Virus record (IMG/VR): IMGVR_UViG_3300049205_000027 | Coordinates: 1 to 39,527 of that record | Source of the DNA: a virus | Taxonomy: Duplodnaviria > Caudoviricetes | Length of the DNA: 39,527 bases | Strand: one strand, 5' to 3' | Shown: positions 9,552 to 18,712 of the stretch, in pieces | Layout of the letters: each line of letters begins with the position of its first letter | How positions within the stretch are numbered: the stretch's first letter is position 1 | Notes under the pieces: model-generated | Databases searched by the model: none | What the model was told of the DNA's origin: nothing | Seen by the model: the letters and a program-made list of their open reading frames with translations, nothing else | Program-made: the position numbers and the translations under genes

Positions 9552-9901
9552 TGTCCCAGACCGCTGGTGAAGTTCTCGACTCGATGACGGGTCATGAGGA
9601 GTCGTGGGTTGCTGACCAGTTCGGCAAGTCCATCGGCGAGTTGGTGTCGAACTTCCTGGAGCGCAGCGATGTGGGCCCGTACTACCGGGCGTTGATCTTC
9701 GTCCTGAAGCGGCGCGAGGGCGTGAATGAGGACGACGCCCGCAACGCTGTGTTGGACATGCGCATCAAGGACGTCGTGGCGTTCTTCAAGCGCGAGGCCG
9801 AGGGCTCGGATGCCGATGAGTCTGAGGTGCTCGCGGAGTCGGGAAAAGACGAGCCGCAGCCCGAGCCACTGCCCGAGAACTCGCTGAGTTCTGTCTCCTG
9901 A
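9551..9901 (+). CDS. Tail assembly chaperone (G-like)
   Basis: Between tail tube and tape measure; contains slippery G-GGA-AAA near the 3' end. Confidence 0.85.
   Translation: MSQTAGEVLDSMTGHEESWVADQFGKSIGELVSNFLERSDVGPYYRALIFVLKRREGVNEDDARNAVLDMRIKDVVAFFKREAEGSDADESEVLAESGKDEPQPEPLPENSLSSVS
9841..9847 (+). other. Programmed -1 ribosomal frameshift site GGGAAAA
   Basis: X XXY YYZ phasing is correct in the chaperone frame (TCG GGA AAA); the -1 frame is open to TGA 10057-10059. Confidence 0.88.
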
Positions 9902-10059
9902 CCGGCCGCACGAAGGCCGAGTATCTGACGCTGACGCGCGTTGAGCGTGAGGCGTTCATCGTCGCGGCCCGCGGACCGGGCGGTGGCGCGACACCTGCCG
10001 ATGCTCTGACGGGCGATGCGGCACGGAACTTCATGATGCAACGAGCGGGGACGGGGTGA
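9847..10059 (+). CDS. Tail assembly chaperone frameshift extension (GT-like C-terminus)
   Basis: -1 frame reads RRAAARATARELAEFCLLTGRTKAEYLTLTRVEREAFI...; ends just before the tape measure ATG. Confidence 0.82.
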   Translation, partial: RRAAARATARELAEFCLLTGRTKAEYLTLTRVEREAFIVAARGPGGGATPADALTGDAARNFMMQRAGTG

Positions 10060-10066
10060 GCGTGCG

Positions 10067-12817
10067 ATGACGCAGAGCATCTTCTTCGACGTCATCGCGC
10101 GCGACAAGGCGTCTTCGACGTTCTCGCGGATCTCGAAGTCGTCGTCGTCGACCGAGAGCAACCTGAAGCGGTTGAGCCGGACCGGTGCCGGCGTCCTGGG
10201 GGCGCTCGGGTTTGCGGGCGCTACGGCTGGCGCCGTGTCGTTCTTCACCAGTTCGATCAATGGTGCGTCGGACCTGAATGAGACGCTGTCCAAGTCGCGC
10301 GTGATCTTCGGCAAGCATGCCCAGCAGGTTGAGCGCTGGGGGGAGACGACTGCGTCGAGAATCGGCCTGTCGAAGCAGGCGGCGATCGAGGCGCGCTCGT
10401 CCTTCGGCGACATGTTCAGCCAGATTGGGCTGGGTGGCCGCGAGACCCTGAAGATGTCGGGCAAGGTCGTCAAGCTCGCCGCCGACCTGGGGTCCTTCAA
10501 CAACCTTGGTACAGATGACGTGCTCGAGCGCATCGCTGGCGGCTTCCGTGGCGAGTATGACGCGCTGCAGAAGGTCATCCCGAACATCTCGGCCGCCCGT
10601 GTTGAGCAGGAGGCGCTCAACCGGACTCACAAGACGTCGGCGAAGGACCTGACTGCGGCTGACAAGGCTGCGGCGACGCTGGCGATTATCCAGAAGGACG
10701 GCGCTCGTGCGGCCGGCGACTTCGCGCGCACGAGCGGCGGGCTGGCGAACCAGCAGAAGATCCTGAAGGCGCGCACCGACGACTTGAAGGCGTCGGTTGG
10801 TTCTGGCCTGCTGCCGGTCACCACCAAGATCGTCAGTGCAACCTCGGACTTCGTCGCGGGGATGCAGGACGGCACTGGTGCGGGTGGGGATTTCGTGGAC
10901 GTTCTCCACGATGCGGCTGCCGTTGGGAAGACTGCGCTGCGGGTTCTCGAAGAGATCCCTGGTCCGGTGAAGAAGTTCGCCGTCGAGGGTCTGATCGCGT
11001 ATGCCGCTATCCGGAAGCTGCAGTCGGCGACGTCCGGTTTCGGTGGCTCGCTGGCCTCGCCGATCGCGCGTATCCAGCAGTTCCGGGCCGAGATGACCTA
11101 TGCGGAGACGCGGATGCAGCGCGTCACGACAGCATCGCAGGCGGTCGGCGCGGGGATTCGGAACCTCGCGGGCGCTGGCGGCATGCTGATGTTGGCGCAG
11201 AGCACGAGTGCGTCGAACAAGTCGACCGCGACGCTGATGCAGACTTTGGGTGGCGCGGCCACGGGTTTCGCGGTCGGTGGCCCGATCGGCGCCGCGGTGG
11301 GTGGCCTCGCTGGGCTGATGCTTGGGCTGTCGACGAACACGCGCAGGGCGGGTGAGTCTGCGGCGGACTCGAGCGAGTTGTGGAAGCACTACGCCGAAAC
11401 GCTCGACGATGTGACGGCCGCGCAGACGAAGGCGACGACGGCTGCGATTCAGGAGACGATTCGGTCGAAGCACCTGAACTCGACGCTCGACGACTACGGG
11501 TTCACGAACCGGCAGATCGTGCAGGCGATCAAGCACCAGGGGCCGCTTCGGCAGCGGATGATCACTGACCTGCAGGCTGAGCAGAAGGCGATCGCGGCTG
11601 GCTACAAGGCGCTGGCCGAGAAGCACGGGTGGTCGGCGAAGGAGACGATCGACTACGCCAAGTCGCATAAGGCGCGGTCGGACGCGATCTCGACGACGCT
11701 GAAGGAGCTCGGCGCGGTCGACAAGGCGGTCGCGAAGAAGCGCGAGGATATTGCCGCGACTCGGACGTTCACGAAGGCGCTCAAGGAGTTGCCGGACAAG
11801 GTTGAGACCTATGTCCGCACGAACGGCCTGAAGCCGGGCATCGCTGGTGTTGTGGAGTTGGCGCGTCAGATCAAGTTGACGCCGAAGGACATCAAGATCC
11901 TGTTGCGTCAGAACGGCGCAGAGCCCACTGACGCGGCGGTGAAGCGGGTGCAGGATCGGGCGATCGCGCTCGGCAAGCTCGCGCCGGTTGTCAACGTGTC
12001 CGCGAAGACTGGGCAGGCGCGCGCCGAGTTGGGTTCGTTCTCCAAGTACCTGGCTGACGTGACCCGGCCGCGCACGGTCGACGTGACCGTGCGGCGGCGC
12101 AAGTCCGGCAAGGCGGGCGGCATCGGAGACCTGCTCGGTCAGACGACGGGCAAGAGTGGTCGCACTGCTGGCAGCAGTGAGCGCGCTCTCGGCGACAACA
12201 TGCGGGCTGCGGCGCGTCAGACGATGACGGTGCAGCATGCGTTGTCGAAGTTCGGTGACGCGCTGTCGAAGACCACCGATGAGGTTGCGAGCCTGAAGGA
12301 TCTGCGGCAGTCGTTCCTCGACACGTTCCAGGCTGAGAACCTGTTCGGCGCGGACCTGTCTGAGGGCGGCGGCGCGGGTGCGTTGGTCGACTTCGAGAAG
12401 AAGCAGGCGCAGCAGGCGGCGCAGTTGCTTGCGGACATCCAGAATGTTGCGGGCCGGGGCCTGTCGAAGGCGCTAATTGACCAGTTGCGGTCGCAGGGCA
12501 CGTCGGGCGCGGCGCAACTGCATGCGATCGCGTTGGGTTCTAACGACCAGATCAGCCAGTTGAACAACCTCGACGCGCAGACCACCGCGTCGCTGCAGGC
12601 GGCCGGCATGTTCGCGGGCAACAAGTCTCGTGGCGGCAGCATTGACGCCGACCTTGCCGCAGCGCAGCGCGAGGAGGCGCTGCTGAACAGGCTCGTGAAG
12701 CGGCTCGAGGAACTTCAGGACGGCAAGTACCTGGTCGTTGAGATTGAGGGCGAGCAAGTCGTGAAGGCCATCAAGAAGCGCAATAAGCGCAAGGGCGTCG
12801 CTTCGGCGGGCATCTGA
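10067..12817 (+). CDS. Tape measure protein
   Basis: 916 aa, Ala/Gly-rich and helical; starts with DVIARDKAS; hydrophobic glycine-zipper segment; synteny. Confidence 0.93.
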   Translation: MTQSIFFDVIARDKASSTFSRISKSSSSTESNLKRLSRTGAGVLGALGFAGATAGAVSFFTSSINGASDLNETLSKSRVIFGKHAQQVERWGETTASRIGLSKQAAIEARSSFGDMFSQIGLGGRETLKMSGKVVKLAADLGSFNNLGTDDVLERIAGGFRGEYDALQKVIPNISAARVEQEALNRTHKTSAKDLTAADKAAATLAIIQKDGARAAGDFARTSGGLANQQKILKARTDDLKASVGSGLLPVTTKIVSATSDFVAGMQDGTGAGGDFVDVLHDAAAVGKTALRVLEEIPGPVKKFAVEGLIAYAAIRKLQSATSGFGGSLASPIARIQQFRAEMTYAETRMQRVTTASQAVGAGIRNLAGAGGMLMLAQSTSASNKSTATLMQTLGGAATGFAVGGPIGAAVGGLAGLMLGLSTNTRRAGESAADSSELWKHYAETLDDVTAAQTKATTAAIQETIRSKHLNSTLDDYGFTNRQIVQAIKHQGPLRQRMITDLQAEQKAIAAGYKALAEKHGWSAKETIDYAKSHKARSDAISTTLKELGAVDKAVAKKREDIAATRTFTKALKELPDKVETYVRTNGLKPGIAGVVELARQIKLTPKDIKILLRQNGAEPTDAAVKRVQDRAIALGKLAPVVNVSAKTGQARAELGSFSKYLADVTRPRTVDVTVRRRKSGKAGGIGDLLGQTTGKSGRTAGSSERALGDNMRAAARQTMTVQHALSKFGDALSKTTDEVASLKDLRQSFLDTFQAENLFGADLSEGGGAGALVDFEKKQAQQAAQLLADIQNVAGRGLSKALIDQLRSQGTSGAAQLHAIALGSNDQISQLNNLDAQTTASLQAAGMFAGNKSRGGSIDADLAAAQREEALLNRLVKRLEELQDGKYLVVEIEGEQVVKAIKKRNKRKGVASAGI

Positions 12818-14628
12818 TGACGCTGCCAGACACCCGGTTCTACCTCGACGTCAATGGCGACGGCTCGTTCTCCAAGGACATCACCGACAAGGTGCTGCTG
12901 CTCAACGGGATGACGATCAAACGGGGGCGGGAGGACTGGCAGGGCGGTGTGACGGCGGGTGAGCTGTCGATCACGCTCAACAATGCGGACGGCCGGTTTA
13001 CGCCGGGTAGCACGATTCTGGGCAGTCCGTCGCCGATCAAGGTGGACCAGAGGATCCGGGTTAAGGAGACCATCAACGGCGTCACGTTGAACCGGTTCAC
13101 CGGCTATGTGAAGCAGTGGCCGGTGGCGTGGCCCGCGACGGTGCCGACGTGGTCGACTGTGACGATCACAGTGACGGACGCGCAGCCTCGCGCCGAGCGG
13201 CAGCCGCTCCGGTCGATCGTCGAGCAGGAGATCCTTCAGGACTCGCCCTTGGCGTACTACACGCTGGGCGAGCCCGGTGGTGTGTCATCGGCTGCCGATT
13301 CGTCGGGGAGTCAAGCCACGCCGCTCTCGGTTACCGGCGCGGGGGCAGCGCTCACGTTCGGAACCGCAATAGGTCCGAGCACCGATGGCCTTACGGCTGT
13401 TCAATTCGCTGGTGGCCAATACCTCACGGCCACCATCGGCGCGACAGTCAGCGGCTTCGGGTTAGCGTTCTCGCGAGACTCGCTCCCCGCAACAAGCGAG
13501 TTCATCCTCGAGGCGCCGCTGCCGCTTGGCGGTGCCGTAAACGCGCACACGCTCATGATGCAGCCGGACGGCAAGATCGCGGTCGGCACGTCGAGCATCG
13601 TGTCGGCGAGCTCCTACGCTGATGGCGCTACGCACTGGCTGGAAATGACATTCTCGGCGGGGACCTGGACGCTCTACATCGATGGCGTCTCGATTGGGAC
13701 CCGCGCCGACTCTGCATTTCCGGCCGGTCGCTACGACCTCGGGTCCACCGGCTCGAGTGGCACGGGCGGATTTGGTGGAGTGCTGGCGCACTTCGTGTTG
13801 TTCTCCGCCGCCCCTTCCGTGTCGCGGGTTTCCGCGCACTCCGACGCCGTTCGGACCGGCTTCGTCGGTGAGGCTGGAACCGCTCGCATCACGAGGCTGG
13901 CCGGCTACGCGAACCTGCCGGTCGGCACGCTGGACGCGTCCCTTACGAACGTTGCGTTCACTGACATCACCGGTAAGAGCGTCTGGGAGGCGCTTCAACA
14001 GGTCACCGACGCCGAGATGGGCTTGTCCTTCTTCGACGGCTCCGGGGATCTGACCTTCCACAATCGGAACCGGGCCGCGTCCAAGACGTCGCCGGACCTG
14101 ACTCTGGACAAGCAGTACCTCACTGCCGACGTGCAGCCGGTGACCGATGACCAGCAGATCATCAACTACCTCGACGGCTCCTCAACCGCCACTGGCGTCA
14201 CACAACTCGTGTGGGACGTGACGTCCGAGGTCACCAACAACCACGGTCGCTACGCCCCGGGAACCGTCGAGTACCTGGTGCAGACCGATCAGGAAGTCCT
14301 CGACCGGCTCAACTGGATCGTCACGAACTTCGCCGAGCCCACCACCCGCTACGGCACGTTGACGATCAATCTCTTCAAGATGACAGCCTCGCAGGCACAG
14401 TCGGTCCTCTCCGCGATTGAGCCGAACTGTTGGCTGCGCGTCACGTCGATGCCCTCTCAGAACACTGGTGGTGCGACCATCGATGTGGTCGTCCAGGGCT
14501 TCACTGAGGAGCAGGGCGGCGACTCCTGGTTGTTGCGCTGCAACGTCGTCTCCCAGTCGCTCTACGAGGCATTCATTCTCGACAGTTCGACTCGTGGCGT
14601 TCTCGACTCCGACCGTCTCTACGTCTGA
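12817..14628 (+). CDS. Minor tail / baseplate hub protein with inserted LamG (concanavalin-like) domain
   Basis: 603 aa after TMP; IKRGR..., LNNADGRFTP hub-type N-terminus; central DSPLAYYTLGE...LYIDG...GVLAHFVLF LamG-like segment. Confidence 0.8.
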   Translation: MTLPDTRFYLDVNGDGSFSKDITDKVLLLNGMTIKRGREDWQGGVTAGELSITLNNADGRFTPGSTILGSPSPIKVDQRIRVKETINGVTLNRFTGYVKQWPVAWPATVPTWSTVTITVTDAQPRAERQPLRSIVEQEILQDSPLAYYTLGEPGGVSSAADSSGSQATPLSVTGAGAALTFGTAIGPSTDGLTAVQFAGGQYLTATIGATVSGFGLAFSRDSLPATSEFILEAPLPLGGAVNAHTLMMQPDGKIAVGTSSIVSASSYADGATHWLEMTFSAGTWTLYIDGVSIGTRADSAFPAGRYDLGSTGSSGTGGFGGVLAHFVLFSAAPSVSRVSAHSDAVRTGFVGEAGTARITRLAGYANLPVGTLDASLTNVAFTDITGKSVWEALQQVTDAEMGLSFFDGSGDLTFHNRNRAASKTSPDLTLDKQYLTADVQPVTDDQQIINYLDGSSTATGVTQLVWDVTSEVTNNHGRYAPGTVEYLVQTDQEVLDRLNWIVTNFAEPTTRYGTLTINLFKMTASQAQSVLSAIEPNCWLRVTSMPSQNTGGATIDVVVQGFTEEQGGDSWLLRCNVVSQSLYEAFILDSSTRGVLDSDRLYV

Positions 14629-14642
14629 AAGGGCCTGACCTA

Positions 14643-15149
14643 ATGGCTCTGTTCACCGCCGGCAACACGCTCACCGCAGCGCAGTTGAATGCCCTCAACG
14701 GCTACGTCACGAAGACCGCCGACCAGTCTGTGACGTCGAGCACGACACTCGTCAACGACACGCACCTGCTCTACACGATCGCCGCGACGGGCACTTACGT
14801 ATTCGACGTGTGCCTCATCGGGGTCTCCGCTGCGAACGCAGCTGGTGACCTGATGACCGGTTTCACTTTTCCGACTGGCACGATGTGGTTGAGTGGAGTC
14901 GGGCCGGACCCGAGCCTCGCATCGGGCAATGCGGTCATCGGCCAATTCGGAGCCAACGACGCCTACCTCAGCGGCGCGAACTTCAACGCCTACGGTCTGT
15001 CCACGTCGAAGACGACGATCAACATTCATGGCGTTCTGACGGCCACGGCTACCGGCACTTTGAGGTTGCAGTGGGCGCAGCAGGCGTCGAGCGCGAGCGC
15101 GTCGACCCTGAAGTCTGGTTCGCACATGCTCGTTCGGCAGGTCGCGTGA
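14643..15149 (+). CDS. Minor tail protein (possible receptor-binding protein)
   Basis: F.AG..LTAAQLN N-terminal anchor motif; beta-rich C-terminus GTLRLQWAQ. Confidence 0.75.
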   Translation: MALFTAGNTLTAAQLNALNGYVTKTADQSVTSSTTLVNDTHLLYTIAATGTYVFDVCLIGVSAANAAGDLMTGFTFPTGTMWLSGVGPDPSLASGNAVIGQFGANDAYLSGANFNAYGLSTSKTTINIHGVLTATATGTLRLQWAQQASSASASTLKSGSHMLVRQVA

Positions 15150-15541
15150 TGAGTGAAGCTGTCGCGATAGCAGGCGTTGTGGTCGGTCTGATCGGCGCCG
15201 CCTATGGCGCATGGCGTCGGTTCCGACCCGGCGTGAAGCGCGCGTCCGCAGCCCTCGACGCGATCATCGGGAAAGAGGCCGTGACCGATCGGAGTGGCCA
15301 GGTCATGGAGCCCTCACAGCCGGGCCTAGTGCATCGCGTCGCCACCGTCGAGGAGGCGGTCGTCGAGTTCCGCCACATGGTTGGGCTACTCACCGAGACC
15401 CAGCACACGCTGACCGACCACGGTGCGCGGCTCAAGGCTCTCGAGGACGCCCGCGTCGAGCGGCTGGTGTCGCAAGCGGAGTCCGCCCACATGTGGCGTG
15501 CGGTCGCGGACAACGCCATCAGCGACGCCGAGCGGGACTGA
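15149..15541 (+). CDS. Membrane-anchored coiled-coil protein (lysis-region gene)
   Basis: N-terminal TM segment AVAIAGVVVGLIGAAYGAW followed by basic residues and heptads; TGATG coupling. Confidence 0.7.
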   Translation: MSEAVAIAGVVVGLIGAAYGAWRRFRPGVKRASAALDAIIGKEAVTDRSGQVMEPSQPGLVHRVATVEEAVVEFRHMVGLLTETQHTLTDHGARLKALEDARVERLVSQAESAHMWRAVADNAISDAERD

Positions 15542-15547
15542 CCGCCA

Positions 15548-15643
15548 ATGCCGCCGCAGGACTGTTCCTGCGGCCAACCACTCGACGGCCCACCCCGTCC
15601 CAACTGCCCACGTTGTGGCACCCGGATCCCACTGGAGGCGTGA
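15548..15643 (+). CDS. 31-aa zinc-ribbon microprotein (not in ORF track)
   Basis: MPPQDCSCGQPLDGPPRPNCPRCGTRIPLEA; fills the gap exactly, TGATG overlap with the next gene. Confidence 0.5.
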   Translation: MPPQDCSCGQPLDGPPRPNCPRCGTRIPLEA

Positions 15644-16164
15644 TGGCCCTGCGCACACTCCCCCGCCGCCTCATCGGCCGCGTGTTCCACCTCTCCTGGC
15701 CGCGGTGGAAGCACGAAGAGAACAGTCTCCGCGGTGCGATCTACGCCCACCGGCACGGCTACCACGCCATCGACCTCGACCTGCAGATGACCGCCGACGG
15801 AATCATCGTCGTCACCCACTGGTCGCGTCCAATGCGCAAGGACAAGTTCTACGACCGCGAGCACCGGCTCGGCCGGTACCGCACCGTCGCGTCGATGGAC
15901 TGGTGGCAGGTCCGCCGCCTGCGCACGCCGGACGGCTACAGCATCCGCCGCGTCGAAGCGCTGCTCCGGAAGTGCGCGCGGCTCGGGATCGTCGCGCTGC
16001 TCGAGCCGAAGTCTGATCCGCGGTTCCGGCTCGACTGGCCGTGGCTGCACATCGCACAGGTCGCCGAGGACGTCGGCTGCACCGTCTCGGTGCGTGCGCT
16101 ACCTGAGAACGCCGCCGCTTTGCCCGCCGCACGCCGCGCCGGGATCCAGGCATGGGAGATCTGA
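15643..16164 (+). CDS. Glycerophosphodiester phosphodiesterase (GDPD/GlpQ)-like protein
   Basis: EENSLRGAIYA...GYHAIDLDLQMTADGIIVVTH matches the GDPD ENT/E.D..T.DG..VV.H signature; LLEPK; GGAGG RBS. Confidence 0.75.
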   Translation: MALRTLPRRLIGRVFHLSWPRWKHEENSLRGAIYAHRHGYHAIDLDLQMTADGIIVVTHWSRPMRKDKFYDREHRLGRYRTVASMDWWQVRRLRTPDGYSIRRVEALLRKCARLGIVALLEPKSDPRFRLDWPWLHIAQVAEDVGCTVSVRALPENAAALPAARRAGIQAWEI

Positions 16165-16165
16165 G

Positions 16166-16804
16166 ATGACGCTTCCGTCGTACGCCGTCACGTTCCGCGG
16201 CCTCCCCGCCTGCCCCTGTCAGGTCGAATGGATCCCCGCATTTGAGCACGAGGCCCAGCGCCGCGGATGGCTGACCGGCCCGCTGCACATCTTCCAGATC
16301 ATCGGAGGCGCCGTCCGATCGGGCGGCACCCACACCGACGGCGGCGCCGACGACACCTCGTTTGTCAACGACAAGCTGATCTGGCTATCCCGCCAGATGG
16401 GCGCCGACGCCACATGGCACCGCCCATACAACTGGGACGGCGACGGTGGGGGCGAACACGTCCACCGCGTGCTCACCGGCTGCCCGCACAACACCCCCGC
16501 CCGATACCAGATCGACGCCGTGCGCGCTGGCTACAACGGCCTGGGCCACCTCGGCCGCGGCGCACGCGACGACGGTCCCCGCCCACTCTCGGGCCGCACC
16601 TGGCGCGAAGGCATTCAGTGGGCCAAGGAACAGGAGAACCCCGACATGGCGCTACTCGCAGACCTCGACGCCGCTCGCAAGAAGCACGACGCGACCCGCC
16701 TAAAGGCCGTCCGCGTGCTGCTGCGCGCCGTACGAGACAACGCCGGACCCATCCGAGCCAGCCGCATCACAACCGCGCTCGCCGCACTGAAGGGGCTGCT
16801 CTGA
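16166..16804 (+). CDS. Endolysin, M15/Hedgehog-like Zn peptidase (putative)
   Basis: SGGTH..GGADD and EHVH metal-binding motifs; position after the tail genes. Confidence 0.75.
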   Translation: MTLPSYAVTFRGLPACPCQVEWIPAFEHEAQRRGWLTGPLHIFQIIGGAVRSGGTHTDGGADDTSFVNDKLIWLSRQMGADATWHRPYNWDGDGGGEHVHRVLTGCPHNTPARYQIDAVRAGYNGLGHLGRGARDDGPRPLSGRTWREGIQWAKEQENPDMALLADLDAARKKHDATRLKAVRVLLRAVRDNAGPIRASRITTALAALKGLL

Positions 16805-16879
16805 TGACGGGTCGCTCATCTCGCCCAGCACGCCACGTCGCCCACCTCAAGAGCAAGTAAGCCGCAAGGAGCGCCCACC

Positions 16880-17275
16880 ATGACCGTTGGAATGTCGACC
16901 ACCCTCCGCAATGCCCGCCTCGACGCGATCACGACCGCTGCGGGTGGTTCCGCGAAGTTGCGGATCTACAACGGCACTCGTCCCGCGACGGGTGGCACGG
17001 CGACGACACTGCTGGCCGAGCTGACCTGTAACGCGACGTTCGCGCCGGCCGCTTCGGGTGGTGTGTTGACGTTGAACTCGATCACGGCGGACTCGGCGGC
17101 AGATGCGACGGGTACGGCGACGTGGGCGCGGATCGTGAAGTCGGACGGCACCACGTTCGTACTGGACTGCTCTGTCGGCACGTCGGGCGCGGACATCAAC
17201 CTCAACACGACCTCGATCGTGTCCGGCGCGGCGGTGTCGGTGACCAGCGCGACCATCACCGAGGGCAACGCCTGA
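16880..17275 (+). CDS. Putative virion structural protein (fibre/decoration module)
   Basis: 131 aa, Thr/Ala-rich beta protein (RNARLDAI..., LRIY.GTRPA, ADATGTATWARI); AAGGAG RBS. Confidence 0.7.
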   Translation: MTVGMSTTLRNARLDAITTAAGGSAKLRIYNGTRPATGGTATTLLAELTCNATFAPAASGGVLTLNSITADSAADATGTATWARIVKSDGTTFVLDCSVGTSGADINLNTTSIVSGAAVSVTSATITEGNA

Positions 17276-17293
17276 CCCGAAGGGTGATGACCC

Positions 17294-18712
17294 ATGTCGT
17301 ACTCATCCGAGATCCTGGCCGACTCGCCGCTGCTCTACTACCGGATGGGCGACGCGTCCGGCACGACGATGACCGACTCGTCGGGCGGCGGTCGTAACGG
17401 CGCCTACGTCAACTCCCCGACCCTGGGAACGACCGGCCTCGTCAGTGACGCGAACACTGCGGTGACGATGGCGAGCGCCTCGAGCCAGCGGGCGACGGTC
17501 ACCGACGACAACAGTCTCGACGGGCTGACGGCGATCACTGTTGAGGCGTGGATCAAGCCGACGACCGTGCCGTCGTCGCAGGCGTACATCATCAGCCGCG
17601 ACGGTTCGACGAACCGGTCATTCCAGTTCCGCCTGAACAACCACAAGGTCGAGTTCATCAAGGTTCCGAACGGGACAGTGACGGCCTCCTCCGCGGCATC
17701 GATCAACGCGGGCGACCTACGCCACGTGGCGGCGGTCTACAACGGCACCGACATCCGCATCTACATCAACGGCGTACTCGACGGGACGCCAGCCGCCACG
17801 ACGGGCGACCTCGGCACCGTTGCCCGCGACCTCGAGATCGGCGCACGGTCCTCGGCGGGCTTCTACGACGGGATCATCGACGAGGTCGCGGTCTACACGA
17901 CAGCCCTGTCGTCGACCCGGATCGCAGCGCACTACGCGGCCGGGCTAACGACCGGCACGCTGGCCACCACCCTCGACGACGCAACCCTCGCCGCATCAGG
18001 CACCGTCGGCAGCGCCTCGACCACCGGCACTCTCGCCACAACGCTCGACGACACCACGCTAGCCGCGAGCGGGGCGGAGGACTTCGTCGGCACGGCCGCA
18101 ATGACGCTTGTCGATGACGCCCCGGCAATCTCGGGCACGGTCGCCAACCCTGTCGGTGGCACGTTCACCACAACTCTCGACGGGGCGACGCTCTCCGCGA
18201 CCGGAACCGTGGGCACACAGCCTGTCGACGGCACCCTTGCCGCCAGCCTCGACGACGTCACCATCTCGGCCGCTGGCAGCGAGACCATCGGCGGCACGTT
18301 CAATACGACACTCGACGACGCAACCCTCGCCAGCTCCGGCACACAAACGATGACCGGCGTCATCACCGTCACCCTCGACAACGCCGCCATGTCGGCCACC
18401 GGCACCGAGACGATCGCTGGCACGGCGGCCGCCACCCTGGACGATGCCAGCATTGCGGCAACTGGAACCCTCACCCTCGCGGGCGTCCTCACAACCACCC
18501 TCGCCGACGCCGCGCTCGCGGCCACCGCCATCACCGGCACATTTCAAGACATCACCATCACCGCAACCCTCGGACCGGCGAGAACGGCCAGCATCGCCAC
18601 AGACGGTCGGACGGCAACTATCGCCACCACCGCCCGGATGGCAACGCTCGAAAGTGGCCGCACCGCAACCACAAACGCGAACCCACGCATCGCCGCACTG
18701 GAGGCCACATGA
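17294..18712 (+). CDS. LamG-domain fibre protein with Thr-rich tandem repeats
   Basis: N-terminal LamG (ITVEAWIKP, HVAAVYNG, IYING, GIIDEVAVY) followed by nine GxxxxTLDDxxxxxxG repeats. Confidence 0.85.
   Translation: MSYSSEILADSPLLYYRMGDASGTTMTDSSGGGRNGAYVNSPTLGTTGLVSDANTAVTMASASSQRATVTDDNSLDGLTAITVEAWIKPTTVPSSQAYIISRDGSTNRSFQFRLNNHKVEFIKVPNGTVTASSAASINAGDLRHVAAVYNGTDIRIYINGVLDGTPAATTGDLGTVARDLEIGARSSAGFYDGIIDEVAVYTTALSSTRIAAHYAAGLTTGTLATTLDDATLAASGTVGSASTTGTLATTLDDTTLAASGAEDFVGTAAMTLVDDAPAISGTVANPVGGTFTTTLDGATLSATGTVGTQPVDGTLAASLDDVTISAAGSETIGGTFNTTLDDATLASSGTQTMTGVITVTLDNAAMSATGTETIAGTAAATLDDASIAATGTLTLAGVLTTTLADAALAATAITGTFQDITITATLGPARTASIATDGRTATIATTARMATLESGRTATTNANPRIAALEAT
17951..18530 (+). 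repeat. Nine degenerate coding repeats (about 63-72 nt; GTLATTLDDATLAASG-like)
   Basis: Visible in protein and DNA (recurrent accctcgacgac); boundaries approximate. Confidence 0.85.

Noticed and set aside
258-12238. Long minus-strand ORFs (258-1526, 2052-3080, 3931-5412, 6519-7913, 10031-12238)
   Set aside because: Antisense shadows of well-supported plus-strand structural genes; expected in high-GC DNA; Arg/His-rich with no motifs
16804-16860. 18-codon ORF MTGRSSRPARHVAHLKSK after the endolysin
   Set aside because: Too short and featureless to support as a gene, although it is coupled to the upstream stop
17951-18530. CRISPR array or DGR template/variable repeat
   Set aside because: The repeats are degenerate, in frame and protein-coding; no spacer structure, cas gene or reverse transcriptase was seen in the window
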